A stretch of DNA of 64,000 bases from Bacteroidota bacterium (GTDB taxonomy: Bacteria; Bacteroidota; Bacteroidia; JABDFU01): contig JACPDY010000144.1 in NCBI GenBank assembly GCA_016183775.1, positions 6,185-70,184 on the forward strand, in the 5' to 3' direction. Below the pieces are notes generated by a model. The model was not told the origin of the DNA. It did not search any database and saw only the letters and a program-made list of their open reading frames with translations. This document shows positions 8,438 through 17,182 of the stretch, one piece after another (the first letter of the stretch is position 1; each line of letters starts with the position of its first letter). The position numbers and the translations under genes are program-made.

Positions 8438-11400
8438 TTAAAAATATGCCCTTACCTGTGCCCCACCTGTATGTATGACTTTGGTATTTTCAGATTGGCG
8501 TCCATCGTAATTAATGCTGATCGTTAAATTGTTCGCGAGGTTCTGTTGGTAGGATAATCCCCATGTAATATTTTGTCCTTGTTTTAAACCTTCCATCATC
8601 TCATATGCAATAGGTGAGTTGGGTGACTCGCTGAACGCGATCTGAATGTAATTGGCTTTTGCGTTGAAACTTCCTTTTTGCAAAACGTTATAGCGCATTT
8701 CTGTTCCGTAGTTCTGTTGCGATAGTTTTTGTGCGCCAAGGTCAGGCGTATTTTGTTTATCCACATATTTAAAGACGAGACTGATCCTGAACGAAGTGTT
8801 GGGCTGGTAGCTTATTTTAGGTTCGGCTTCATAATAGTTGATATTGTAATTTCGTGTACTGAAGTATTGTGAGTTATTGTATTTGCTTCCGTTTCTAAGC
8901 CCCGCATTAAAGCTGAATGTACGGGTAATGTTCCAGCGTAATTTTACCTCCCGCGAAACTGCAATACGTGTTTCAAGCCCATTGGTCAGAAGTGATCTGC
9001 CCCGGACTTCCTGGTAACTGAATTCCATACCAAATACAGAACCCAGCTGATTAAAAAAGATTGAGTTGCGCAGCGAAGAGTTCAGCGACTTTAAAGAGCT
9101 GTCGGCGTTGGATCGCCGGAATGGATTATACGCATTTTCAAGATCCTCGTCGGTTGTTTTTTTGTCAACACGATAAGCGGTTTGGTTAGCAAATAATGAA
9201 AAGAATCCTTTCACCCCCTTCTTTCCCGACCAGATAGCTGCCGGTCTGATGTTAAGCGCTTCACTGAATTGGTTGGTATATGCGGTAATTGTTTGATCGG
9301 TGGGTGTATATATTTTTATATAATGCGCCTGGTCACGGAACACGGCCACCTCAAATTCATTCAATTCCTTTATACCATTCCCATTATAATCAGTCCATGC
9401 GTAAACACCTTGTCCGGCAGCTACTTCAAGATAAGAAAATTCTTTTTTCACTTCCTGTCCTGATCCGATCTCGTAAAATGTATTCGTGTTGATGAATCCG
9501 CGCAGCGCGCTGAAGTTGTGCTCAATGCGTCCCAACAATGTTTGATCGGGTTTTATTTTTGATATTAATGTATCCATTATCTCAAGTACGCGGTAAGATG
9601 TTGTTATGTTCACCTGGTTGTTGGGATTGTTAAAAAAGCCCACACTGACAGCGGTTTCCTGAGCAAATGTACTTTTTCTTAAAAGATTGCTACGGGCGCC
9701 ATAGTCGCTGCGTTGTTTATAGCTAAGGTTGTATTTAATTTTCGAGGTGTCTGAATTAACGGCGAAGGCTGTCCATTCAAAGAATTCAAAGCTGTTGTAT
9801 TGCAGGGTATCAGTTGTTTTTTGGCGTACATGGTTGCGTTCGTGCAGTTCTTTTAAGCCCAGTGTAATGAAGCCAAGTCTTTGCGAAACCTTTCCATTAT
9901 GTCGCAGAAAAGTTGAATTGGTAAGACTGTTTGAACTCATCAGGCTTCCATCGAAATTCATGTTAAAACCTTTATTGGTAATGGTTGTCGTTACTCCCTG
10001 CTTAAAGGCATCATACACAGAGCCTTCAAGGAATGAGTTGAAACGATACCCAATGTGAAGCAGTTCCGGTTTAACAAGTGAAAGGCCGGCTCCAATAATA
10101 TGCTGGTCAGAATTCTGGGTGGTGCCTGTACGGTTCCAGTCGCGTTCAAACTCTACCGCCCTGAATCGTTCAATGGGGTTAAAATATTGCTGAACATATT
10201 CATAATTTATGTTTGACACTATTTGTAAATTTTTTCTGCCTTGTTCTGATGAATCATTTTTGTTTCGGAATAATTTAATATTATCAAGCCCCATTTTAAT
10301 ACCGTAACCAATGTCATTCGATTTATCTGATTTCGAAAATGTATTAATATCATTATTTGAGACAGCGGTTTCAAGAGTAAAAGAAGTATTGTTGCCTGTT
10401 TTGTATTCACCACCCAGGGTAACCATTTGCCGCTGCTTGGGTGCGATCAGTTGAATTACCGGTTCGTGATCCCCCTGAGGCTCTCCTGCAATGGGTGGTA
10501 CCCATTGATACACTTTTCCGTTTGCTCCTGAGCTTATTTGACGATAGTTACCCTTTCCCACACGTGAGAATTTAAGTCTGTAATGGGCTTTTGCAGGATC
10601 GGTGGAGTAGAGGTAAATGTCTTTGTAGAGAATTGAACTTATTACAGTGTCCTTTTTTTCATACATTACTTCTGTTGTAGAGAATGCAATGCTGTCTATG
10701 CCCGGAGAATAGGCCAGGTTGGGGTTATCGCCGGCATTTGCCAGAATTTTTTTCTGATCTTCTGTAAGTTGCTGTTGAACGGGCTTGTTTTTGCTGTCCT
10801 GTTCTGAATACACATTGAAGTGTATCCTGAGGTTTCCTTGTTTGTATTCATTGCCAACATGAAACAATGAGCGCGCGAAATTCCTGTCAGAGTACTGAAA
10901 TTCTACCACAATGCGTTTATCTTTTGTGATGAGCCGTTTGGCGGTGAATATAATTTGCGAGGTGTTGTAATCAATTATGTAATCATTCTGCTGGCCGCGT
11001 TGCAGAAGTTGCCCATCGATATATACTTTCTCCGAACCCGACAGAACAATGATGAATTGCTCTCCTTCAGCTCCTCTCAGAAAATAGGGGCCCTGGTTCT
11101 TTTCAATTCCAGGTATAACATTGCGCGCGAACTTTCCCCGCGAAACGGCTGCGCTTCCGGTAATGGTCATTATTCCTGTTTTGGAAGTATCTTTTTGTGC
11201 GGGTCTAGTTTCAAATCGTGTTGTGAAATTCGCACCTTGGGCTTTTTTGAAATAGCGCATGAAATAGCCGGCCTGGCTGGCTATCTGGTAGTCGCCGGCA
11301 ATTAGTTTTGTCTTTTTATCATTTAGTTGGATGAACACTTTGTCGAATTCCTGTAACTGTTGTGTATTTCCTTCAGGTTGAATGGGTATGTTGTTATCAG

Positions 11401-11989
11401 TCGCAGCGAGCAATACCTCAACGTTGTCGGTCAACTTTCCTGCCACTTGTAGATTCAGATTTGAGTTCACAACAATATCCTGGTTATTGCCAAAATTTAT
11501 TCCGCGCGATATGCTGCCATTCTTGGTAAGCCCCTCGGTTTTAAAAAGATCACCAACAGGTTTGTCGATCACATATTGGAACGGATTTACGGCGCCGGAC
11601 CGATCAGGTTGAATGCGTTTAATGTCCTTATGCTGAATTATTTGGCTAAAATAAAAAGGGAAAACACGATACGAAAAATAGAGTGTATCAATATTGAAAG
11701 CTTGCTCTTTTAATTTTTTACGGTTGAAATAGATTTTGCTTTTGGGAAAGTCGGTCTGGTAAAATGAAGTGTCAATTGCCAATTGTTGTTTATTAGTAAT
11801 GATGACCGTTCCGGGGATGAGGCTTAAGGTGTCCAATTGTATTGTGTCGGACAGCAGGGGAATTATTTTTTTTCGTTTATTATTTAGATTCTGGGCGAAA
11901 GATGAATTTAATAAAGCAAGTCCAAACAATAGAATAAAGGCTATTGACAGCTCACATTTTTTAACTTTATATTTTTTCTTTTTTACCAC
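8438..11989 (-). CDS. Large (1183 aa) predicted outer-membrane beta-barrel protein, hypothetical
   Basis: Has a signal peptide (AFILLFGLALLNSSFAQ), is rich in alternating beta-strand-like segments, and has a C-terminal ..RAYF aromatic terminus typical of OM barrels. No TonB box or plug motif was seen. Confidence 0.55.
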   Translation of the reverse strand: MVKKKKYKVKKCELSIAFILLFGLALLNSSFAQNLNNKRKKIIPLLSDTIQLDTLSLIPGTVIITNKQQLAIDTSFYQTDFPKSKIYFNRKKLKEQAFNIDTLYFSYRVFPFYFSQIIQHKDIKRIQPDRSGAVNPFQYVIDKPVGDLFKTEGLTKNGSISRGINFGNNQDIVVNSNLNLQVAGKLTDNVEVLLAATDNNIPIQPEGNTQQLQEFDKVFIQLNDKKTKLIAGDYQIASQAGYFMRYFKKAQGANFTTRFETRPAQKDTSKTGIMTITGSAAVSRGKFARNVIPGIEKNQGPYFLRGAEGEQFIIVLSGSEKVYIDGQLLQRGQQNDYIIDYNTSQIIFTAKRLITKDKRIVVEFQYSDRNFARSLFHVGNEYKQGNLRIHFNVYSEQDSKNKPVQQQLTEDQKKILANAGDNPNLAYSPGIDSIAFSTTEVMYEKKDTVISSILYKDIYLYSTDPAKAHYRLKFSRVGKGNYRQISSGANGKVYQWVPPIAGEPQGDHEPVIQLIAPKQRQMVTLGGEYKTGNNTSFTLETAVSNNDINTFSKSDKSNDIGYGIKMGLDNIKLFRNKNDSSEQGRKNLQIVSNINYEYVQQYFNPIERFRAVEFERDWNRTGTTQNSDQHIIGAGLSLVKPELLHIGYRFNSFLEGSVYDAFKQGVTTTITNKGFNMNFDGSLMSSNSLTNSTFLRHNGKVSQRLGFITLGLKELHERNHVRQKTTDTLQYNSFEFFEWTAFAVNSDTSKIKYNLSYKQRSDYGARSNLLRKSTFAQETAVSVGFFNNPNNQVNITTSYRVLEIMDTLISKIKPDQTLLGRIEHNFSALRGFINTNTFYEIGSGQEVKKEFSYLEVAAGQGVYAWTDYNGNGIKELNEFEVAVFRDQAHYIKIYTPTDQTITAYTNQFSEALNIRPAAIWSGKKGVKGFFSLFANQTAYRVDKKTTDEDLENAYNPFRRSNADSSLKSLNSSLRNSIFFNQLGSVFGMEFSYQEVRGRSLLTNGLETRIAVSREVKLRWNITRTFSFNAGLRNGSKYNNSQYFSTRNYNINYYEAEPKISYQPNTSFRISLVFKYVDKQNTPDLGAQKLSQQNYGTEMRYNVLQKGSFNAKANYIQIAFSESPNSPIAYEMMEGLKQGQNITWGLSYQQNLANNLTISINYDGRQSENTKVIHTGGAQVRAYF

Positions 11990-12325
11990 TACTACGCTTA
12001 TTACTTGGGCGACATCCGTAAAGGTGTGTTAAGTAAAATTTTAGTTCGTTCTTTCGCAAATCTACAAATTAAAACAGGTAACAATTCTTATGAGAAACGG
12101 GCCTGGATACGCTGAAATACAAACGATAAGATCAAAAATTTATTGGTGTAAAACAGGTACAAAGAATTAAAAATTGCGCTATTTATTGCATGAAATTAAC
12201 TATATTTATCTAATTCATTTTCAACCTGTTGTGTATTCAATTATGCGAAATATGCAACTTTTTTGATCAATCAAGTCTTTAGTGTAGCAGGTAAAGCTAT
12301 GCTATTGGACGCAGCAGTAATAAAT

Positions 12326-12859
12326 ATGGACCTGAACGTTCAATTAATTGATGACTGTAAGAATGGAAGCAGGAGTGCGTACGAGGAATTGTACAGGCTA
12401 TATGTAAAAGCGATGTATAATGTTAGTATACGCATAACCAATGATCGGGAAGAGTCGGAAGATGTTTTGCAGGAATCATTTTTAAGCGCTTTTCAGAATA
12501 TAGACCGTTTAAAAGAAAAGGCGTTATTTGGAAGCTGGCTGAAAAGAATTGTGATAAATAAGTCGATTGATTCGGTCAAGAAAAAGAAAGAGAAGTTTAT
12601 TTCTTTTGATGATATCCGGGAAAAGGATCTTGCGGAAGAAGAAATAACAGAGAATGAAAAGGAAATTGAATATGACATTGAATCGGTCAACAAAGCAGTG
12701 CAGCTTTTGCCGGATGGTTTCAGGACTGTACTGACATTATATTTATTTGAAGATTATAGTCATAAGGAAATAGCGGATGTGTTGGGGATAAGTGAAAGCA
12801 CATCCAAGACACAATATTTAAGAGCCAAGCAAAGATTAATACAATTGTTGAAAAAGTAA
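12326..12859 (+). CDS. RNA polymerase sigma-70 factor, ECF subfamily
   Basis: Region 2 (ELYRLYVKAMYNVSIRIT, ESFLSAFQNIDRL) and region 4 HTH (LPDGFRTVLTLYLFEDYSHKEIADVLGISESTSKTQYLRAKQRL) are present. The probable start is M at 12326 rather than the ORF start at 12263. Confidence 0.85.
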   Translation: MDLNVQLIDDCKNGSRSAYEELYRLYVKAMYNVSIRITNDREESEDVLQESFLSAFQNIDRLKEKALFGSWLKRIVINKSIDSVKKKKEKFISFDDIREKDLAEEEITENEKEIEYDIESVNKAVQLLPDGFRTVLTLYLFEDYSHKEIADVLGISESTSKTQYLRAKQRLIQLLKK

Positions 12860-12867
12860 TAGTTAAC

Positions 12868-14370
12868 ATGACCGATAAGCTAAAAAAATTCGTGCAGGAA
12901 CACCGCGATCAAATGGATGTTCATGAGCCTTCTCCGGAAATGTGGAACGCTTTGAGCAAACAGTTGATTAAAAAATCTTTTCTGAACGGGCTTCTTCAGA
13001 ACAGTGTAGGGAAATTACTTCTTGTAGGAGCAGCGATAGTTACTGCTGTTGCGGTTTATACATTTGTTTCCAATAAGGATGATCAGAAAAATAACCAGGA
13101 AGCAATAACTAGTGCTACTGATCCGGAATCAAATTTATCCGAAGGTACACAGTCGACTGTAATTGGTGATAATAATAACTCAGCTGATGGTGCCGGCATA
13201 ACGAATGAAACAATAAATAGCACACAGTTTTCAGGGGCAAAACCCGAATCAACTGTTACGGATATCAAACGACATACTGTCATCGTATATTATAACCTGG
13301 ATCGTATGTCCGGTGGCGGTGTGAGTAATAATTTTTACAATGGTGCTGGAACAAAGGTCGACCCCAGGGCTTTATCCTCCGGTAATAATGGGCCGTCCAA
13401 ATATTTTGTTTCTACCGCTGTTAAAAATCTCACATGCAGCGGCAATAAGTCAGGACAAATTGATATTACTCCGATCGGGAACAAAGAGTCGTATTCATTT
13501 CTCTGGCTTCCGGTAAATAAAACCACAGAAGACATCAGTGGCTTAAATGCAGGTACATATACTTTATCCATTACTGATTCTCATGGTTCTGTCGGAACAT
13601 TCACCTATACAGTTACTGAGCCAACTCCCATTTCATTATCGGTTTCTTCTGAACAGGCACATTGTGGTTTGAATAATGGTTTGGCTGTGGTTACGGTAAA
13701 TACAGGCGGGCCGGGTCCCTATGTCTATTCATGGAATAATGGCGGGACTGATGCTTCTATCAATAACCTGGCAAGCGGATCATATAATGTAACTGTAGTT
13801 GATAACCTCGGATGCAAAGGGGTTACATCCGTGAATATAGGAAGTGCTGCAGGTGTCAGATCTGTGTTTACCGCATCGCTTCCTGGTGAAAATGCTCCGC
13901 TAAAGGTTAATTTTTCCAATACCAGTTTCGGCGCCACAATGTGGACATGGAAATTCGGAGATGGTGAAACTGATTCGAACAGGAATACCAGTCATACGTA
14001 TGCCAGGGAGGGGACATACAATGCCTGTTTAATAGTTCAAAATGCAGCAGGATGTAAAGATTCATCGTGCAGTAATATTATGGTAAACCCCGCACATTCT
14101 GTTATGGTGCCAAATGTTTTTACACCAAACGGGGATGGCAAGAATGATAATTTTGTAATAGCTACAAAAGAAGTTGAAAAAATTGAAGTGTATGTATATG
14201 ATCAGTTAGGGGCGAAGGTATGGGAATATGCGGGACCCGTGGCGGTTTGGGATGGAACTACAAATACAGGACAGCCCGCTATTGATGGAAATTATATATA
14301 TGTATACAAGGCCTACGGAACTGATGCTAAAATAGTGGAGAGTAAGGGAATTGTAAGGCTTGCACGATAG
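12868..14370 (+). CDS. Anti-sigma-like single-pass membrane protein fused to SprB repeats, a PKD domain and a T9SS type-B (gliding-motility-associated) C-terminal domain
   Basis: Starts 8 nt after the sigma-factor stop. The 45-aa N-terminal segment (KFVQEHRDQMDVHEPSPEMWNALSKQL) is of the kind found in Bacteroidetes proteins encoded after ECF sigma factors. It is followed by a TM helix (LLLVGAAIVTAVAVYTF), a low-complexity linker, two SprB-type units (CSGNKSGQIDITP...YSFLW; CGLNNGLAVVTVNTGGPGPYVYSWNNG), a PKD-like unit (KVNFSNTS..WTWKFGDGETDS..TSHTY..GTYNACLIVQN) and a type-B CTD (VPNVFTPNGDGKNDNFVI...VYDQLGAKVWEY...WDGT...GNYIYVYKA). Confidence 0.7.
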   Translation: MTDKLKKFVQEHRDQMDVHEPSPEMWNALSKQLIKKSFLNGLLQNSVGKLLLVGAAIVTAVAVYTFVSNKDDQKNNQEAITSATDPESNLSEGTQSTVIGDNNNSADGAGITNETINSTQFSGAKPESTVTDIKRHTVIVYYNLDRMSGGGVSNNFYNGAGTKVDPRALSSGNNGPSKYFVSTAVKNLTCSGNKSGQIDITPIGNKESYSFLWLPVNKTTEDISGLNAGTYTLSITDSHGSVGTFTYTVTEPTPISLSVSSEQAHCGLNNGLAVVTVNTGGPGPYVYSWNNGGTDASINNLASGSYNVTVVDNLGCKGVTSVNIGSAAGVRSVFTASLPGENAPLKVNFSNTSFGATMWTWKFGDGETDSNRNTSHTYAREGTYNACLIVQNAAGCKDSSCSNIMVNPAHSVMVPNVFTPNGDGKNDNFVIATKEVEKIEVYVYDQLGAKVWEYAGPVAVWDGTTNTGQPAIDGNYIYVYKAYGTDAKIVESKGIVRLAR

Positions 14371-14410
14371 ATTGGGAGATATTATTTAGTAGAAAACTGT
14401 AAAATCAGAG

Positions 14411-14444
14411 CCGCTCCGACATTTGTGTCGGGGCGGTTTTGTTA
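14411..14444 (+). terminator. Rho-independent terminator after the anti-sigma-like gene
   Basis: CCGCUCCGAC / GUCGGGGCGG stem (one G-U pair), loop auuugu, then UUUUGUU. Confidence 0.6.
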
Positions 14445-14451
14445 TATAATG

Positions 14452-15189
14452 TCAATTAAAATAATGGCTGCGCCAAACAGCAGAGCTGAAATTTTTATGG
14501 AAGGCTAAAAAGGCATAAGTTAATGCCGCACCCTGGGCAATAATGCACCAGATAAACACAAAGGAACGATATACGATCATATCATCAACAGGCACTTCGC
14601 GTTTGAGCATGAATGAAGCGGGAAATATCAAGGCCGCGAGAAAGGCTAACGCGACAACTATAATTGCCAATGATTCAATATTACGGAATGGGAATGACCA
14701 GAACTTACGCTGCCATGATAGGTCGGTACCCCATTTGTAAATTAAATAATAGTTGTTGTTTCCAATATGCGCAAACAGCAAAGGGTCTTTGTTACGATCC
14801 TGCAGCTCAAAGGCTTCCGCAGGTGCTATCAAATAAAGATCATTCAATTGTTTTCCGCTTTTCCGCTGCACCTCTTTGATTTTTATAACTGCTTCATAAG
14901 GGAATTCATTTTTGTAGTAACCGGTTTTTAAGAAACGGAGACGGTATTTCATACATACTTTTTCAATCTCTGAGATTGAAAATACCTTGGCGCGATCTAC
15001 ATTATTTAAATTCCCATCCTTATTATCAATAGGTAATTTTTTGAGCCGAAGATTTTCTTTAATGGATTGTTCAAGTTGAATCTCGTTTTCGAATAGTTGC
15101 CTTACTTCATCAATGACTATATTGTCGCCGATAATTGAGGGGCGCACATTGAGCAATTCTTTTTCAATATTTAACGACGAGAATAGCAT
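14452..15189 (-). CDS. Hypothetical membrane protein (245 aa)
   Basis: Clean ORF with two C-terminal TM helices (LAIIVVALAFLAALIFPASF; FVFIWCIIAQGAALTYAFLAF). No motif was recognised. Confidence 0.5.
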   Translation of the reverse strand: MLFSSLNIEKELLNVRPSIIGDNIVIDEVRQLFENEIQLEQSIKENLRLKKLPIDNKDGNLNNVDRAKVFSISEIEKVCMKYRLRFLKTGYYKNEFPYEAVIKIKEVQRKSGKQLNDLYLIAPAEAFELQDRNKDPLLFAHIGNNNYYLIYKWGTDLSWQRKFWSFPFRNIESLAIIVVALAFLAALIFPASFMLKREVPVDDMIVYRSFVFIWCIIAQGAALTYAFLAFHKNFSSAVWRSHYFN

Positions 15190-15206
15190 GTATCTAAATT
15201 ACGAAA

Positions 15207-15638
15207 TCAAATACTTTTTAAAAAATGAAATCCCCGGATAACATATCCTTCCCGAAAATAAAAACGGTGAGCGTCCTTATTTTCCACATAAGCATCCAGC
15301 ATAGCAGTTTTGCAGCCTTTTTGTTTGGCTTCATTAATGATCCAGTCGCATAATAATTTCCCAACTTTTTTTGAACGGTGTTTTTCGTCAATGATCACAT
15401 TGTCCATTTCGACATATTTATCAGAGTATATCTTGACGCTTATCCAAAAACCTGAAATACCTATGCATTGTCCATTCTCAAAAGCTCCAACTTGCCGGTA
15501 TCCGTTTACAAGCATAGTGTCAAGCATCTCGCTGTATTTCGACCTGGTAATGCCCGCCGTTAACTGTTGTACCAGGTGTAACTGCGAAAGCATTTGCTCT
15601 TTGCCGGTGAGTTCGGCTATGGTGATAGCGTTTTCCAT
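15207..15638 (-). CDS. GNAT family N-acetyltransferase
   Basis: Acetyl-CoA-binding motif region (HRSKKVGKLLCDWIINEAKQKGCKTAMLDAYVENKDAHRFYFREGY). Confidence 0.8.
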   Translation of the reverse strand: MENAITIAELTGKEQMLSQLHLVQQLTAGITRSKYSEMLDTMLVNGYRQVGAFENGQCIGISGFWISVKIYSDKYVEMDNVIIDEKHRSKKVGKLLCDWIINEAKQKGCKTAMLDAYVENKDAHRFYFREGYVIRGFHFLKSI

Positions 15639-15657
15639 AGGTTCTTATCGACCCGTG

Positions 15658-16149
15658 TTACCTTAAACGATAAACGATAGGAATTATAAATTTTAATGAA
15701 ACTTTTTTATGTCCCATAAATGCGGGTTCCCAGTATGGCATTTTGGCAATTGCATTCAAACTAACCGCGTCAATATCTTCGCTGACATGTTCTACAACTT
15801 TTGCATTTTCAACAGCTCCATCTTTATTTACAATAAACTCAATTTTCACTTTCCCTTGAATGCTGTCTTTTAATGCAGTCTCGGGATATTTAATATTGGC
15901 TTTGATATATTTACCTAATGAATCAAATCCCCCTGGAAATTGTGGTAAAGTAACCTTTTCAGCGCAATACAAATCCTCAAATTTATCATCAATGACAGTA
16001 TATTCTATATTCAAGCCTCCAGAGTCTAACACGCCTTTTTCTATTTTACCGTGCTGCCTGTTTTGCTCTTCCTGAGTATTCCCGCAAGAACTCAATATGA
16101 AAATTATTGATAGAAGTACAAATGTGTTTTTAAGATTTACGGAAATCAT
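15658..16149 (-). CDS. Lipoprotein with energy-transducer TonB C-terminal-like domain
   Basis: Lipobox (ILSSCGN). The C-terminal 90 aa (LPQFPGGFDSLGKYIKANIKYPETALKDSIQGKVKIEFIVNKDGAVENAKVVEHVSEDIDAVSLNAIAKMPYWEPA) matches the TonB-C fold signature. Confidence 0.6.
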   Translation of the reverse strand: MISVNLKNTFVLLSIIFILSSCGNTQEEQNRQHGKIEKGVLDSGGLNIEYTVIDDKFEDLYCAEKVTLPQFPGGFDSLGKYIKANIKYPETALKDSIQGKVKIEFIVNKDGAVENAKVVEHVSEDIDAVSLNAIAKMPYWEPAFMGHKKVSLKFIIPIVYRLR

Positions 16150-16281
16150 TTTTGGGGTTAAACCAGATTCTAATTAATACTTTAAAACCTTACCGATCAC
16201 CTTCACTACCTTATCCGCATTAGGAATACATGGTCGCCTCCAATATTGTTGCGTTTAACGGGATCGAGGGAATCAAATAAC

Positions 16282-16743
16282 TCACGCGTAAACGCTCTCC
16301 CTTTTAAACTTTTGCAAAAGGCGGGGGTCACTAAACGCTTTGGCGTCACGTACTTTTTTACTGAATTTAAAACCTGCATTAAGTTTTTTATTTATTAACG
16401 AAGTCAAAGAAATACCAAGGTAAGTGTGTAATAAAATAATTGTTTCAAGACTCAAAGGCCTTTTACGATGAAGAACCTCAGAGGCTCTTGTTTCACCACC
16501 AAAAAAGCCAGCAATTTCCTTTTGCTTTAGATCTCTTTGTTCTATCGCGAATTTAATTGCTTCAATCGGGTCGGGTAAATCAAATTTGGCATGATGAAAT
16601 TGGTAATGCTCAATAAAAGCCTCTAATAGCTCCATTTCTTTAACTTCTTCTTTAGTGCGCTTTCCTGTTTTAAAATCAAGATCGTAAAGCCTTTTGCAGG
16701 CCTTATTGTAATCAACATCATTTTTTATAACACCTATTTTCAT
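16282..16743 (-). CDS. higA: Type II antitoxin HigA (HTH-XRE family)
   Basis: C-terminal HTH (LKQKEIAGFFGGETRASEVLHRKRPLSLETIILLHTYLGISLTSLI). It lies 14 nt downstream of higB on the same strand. Confidence 0.7.
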   Translation of the reverse strand: MKIGVIKNDVDYNKACKRLYDLDFKTGKRTKEEVKEMELLEAFIEHYQFHHAKFDLPDPIEAIKFAIEQRDLKQKEIAGFFGGETRASEVLHRKRPLSLETIILLHTYLGISLTSLINKKLNAGFKFSKKVRDAKAFSDPRLLQKFKRESVYA

Positions 16744-16756
16744 TTTGTAATAGTAT

Positions 16757-17071
16757 TTATTCTTTAAAAGGTATGTTTTCTATGTTTTCCAATTTATCAT
16801 ATTCATTATGTGTGCCAAACCAAATTATATAAACCCTTTTAAACTGATACCTGATGCGAACAATTAATCTGAAATGATTTCCATTTATGTTAAAGATAAC
16901 AGTGTTGTTACCTACAAAATCAGCAGATGCGTATTTGACTCTTATTTCATTGGGAGAAGAGTAATCGCAAGATGAAAAATCATTTATCCAGCTTTCCATT
17001 GCATTTTTGGCGTTTTTGTATTTGGGTATGTGAAGCCAATGGTATAGTGTTTTAGTTTTAATGATATTCAT
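16757..17071 (-). CDS. higB: Type II toxin HigB (RelE/ParE superfamily mRNA interferase)
   Basis: 104-aa protein with the FVGNNTVIFNINGNHFRLIVRIRYQFKRVYIIWFGTHNEYDKL signature of the HigB family. Confidence 0.75.
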   Translation of the reverse strand: MNIIKTKTLYHWLHIPKYKNAKNAMESWINDFSSCDYSSPNEIRVKYASADFVGNNTVIFNINGNHFRLIVRIRYQFKRVYIIWFGTHNEYDKLENIENIPFKE

Positions 17072-17182
17072 ACCCTTACAAAGGTACTAAAAAGTTACAC
17101 ATTTTGGTAATTTTTATTCAACTAATTTGTATGCAAAATTTTCGTTTGGATTACTATTCGTTGAGACATTATATGAGAACAC

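Noticed and set aside
8438-11989. SusC/TonB-dependent transducer call for the 1183-aa protein (by size and adjacency to the ECF sigma).
   Set aside because: No TonB box, plug or N-terminal carboxypeptidase-like extension was recognised, and the gene is on the opposite strand.
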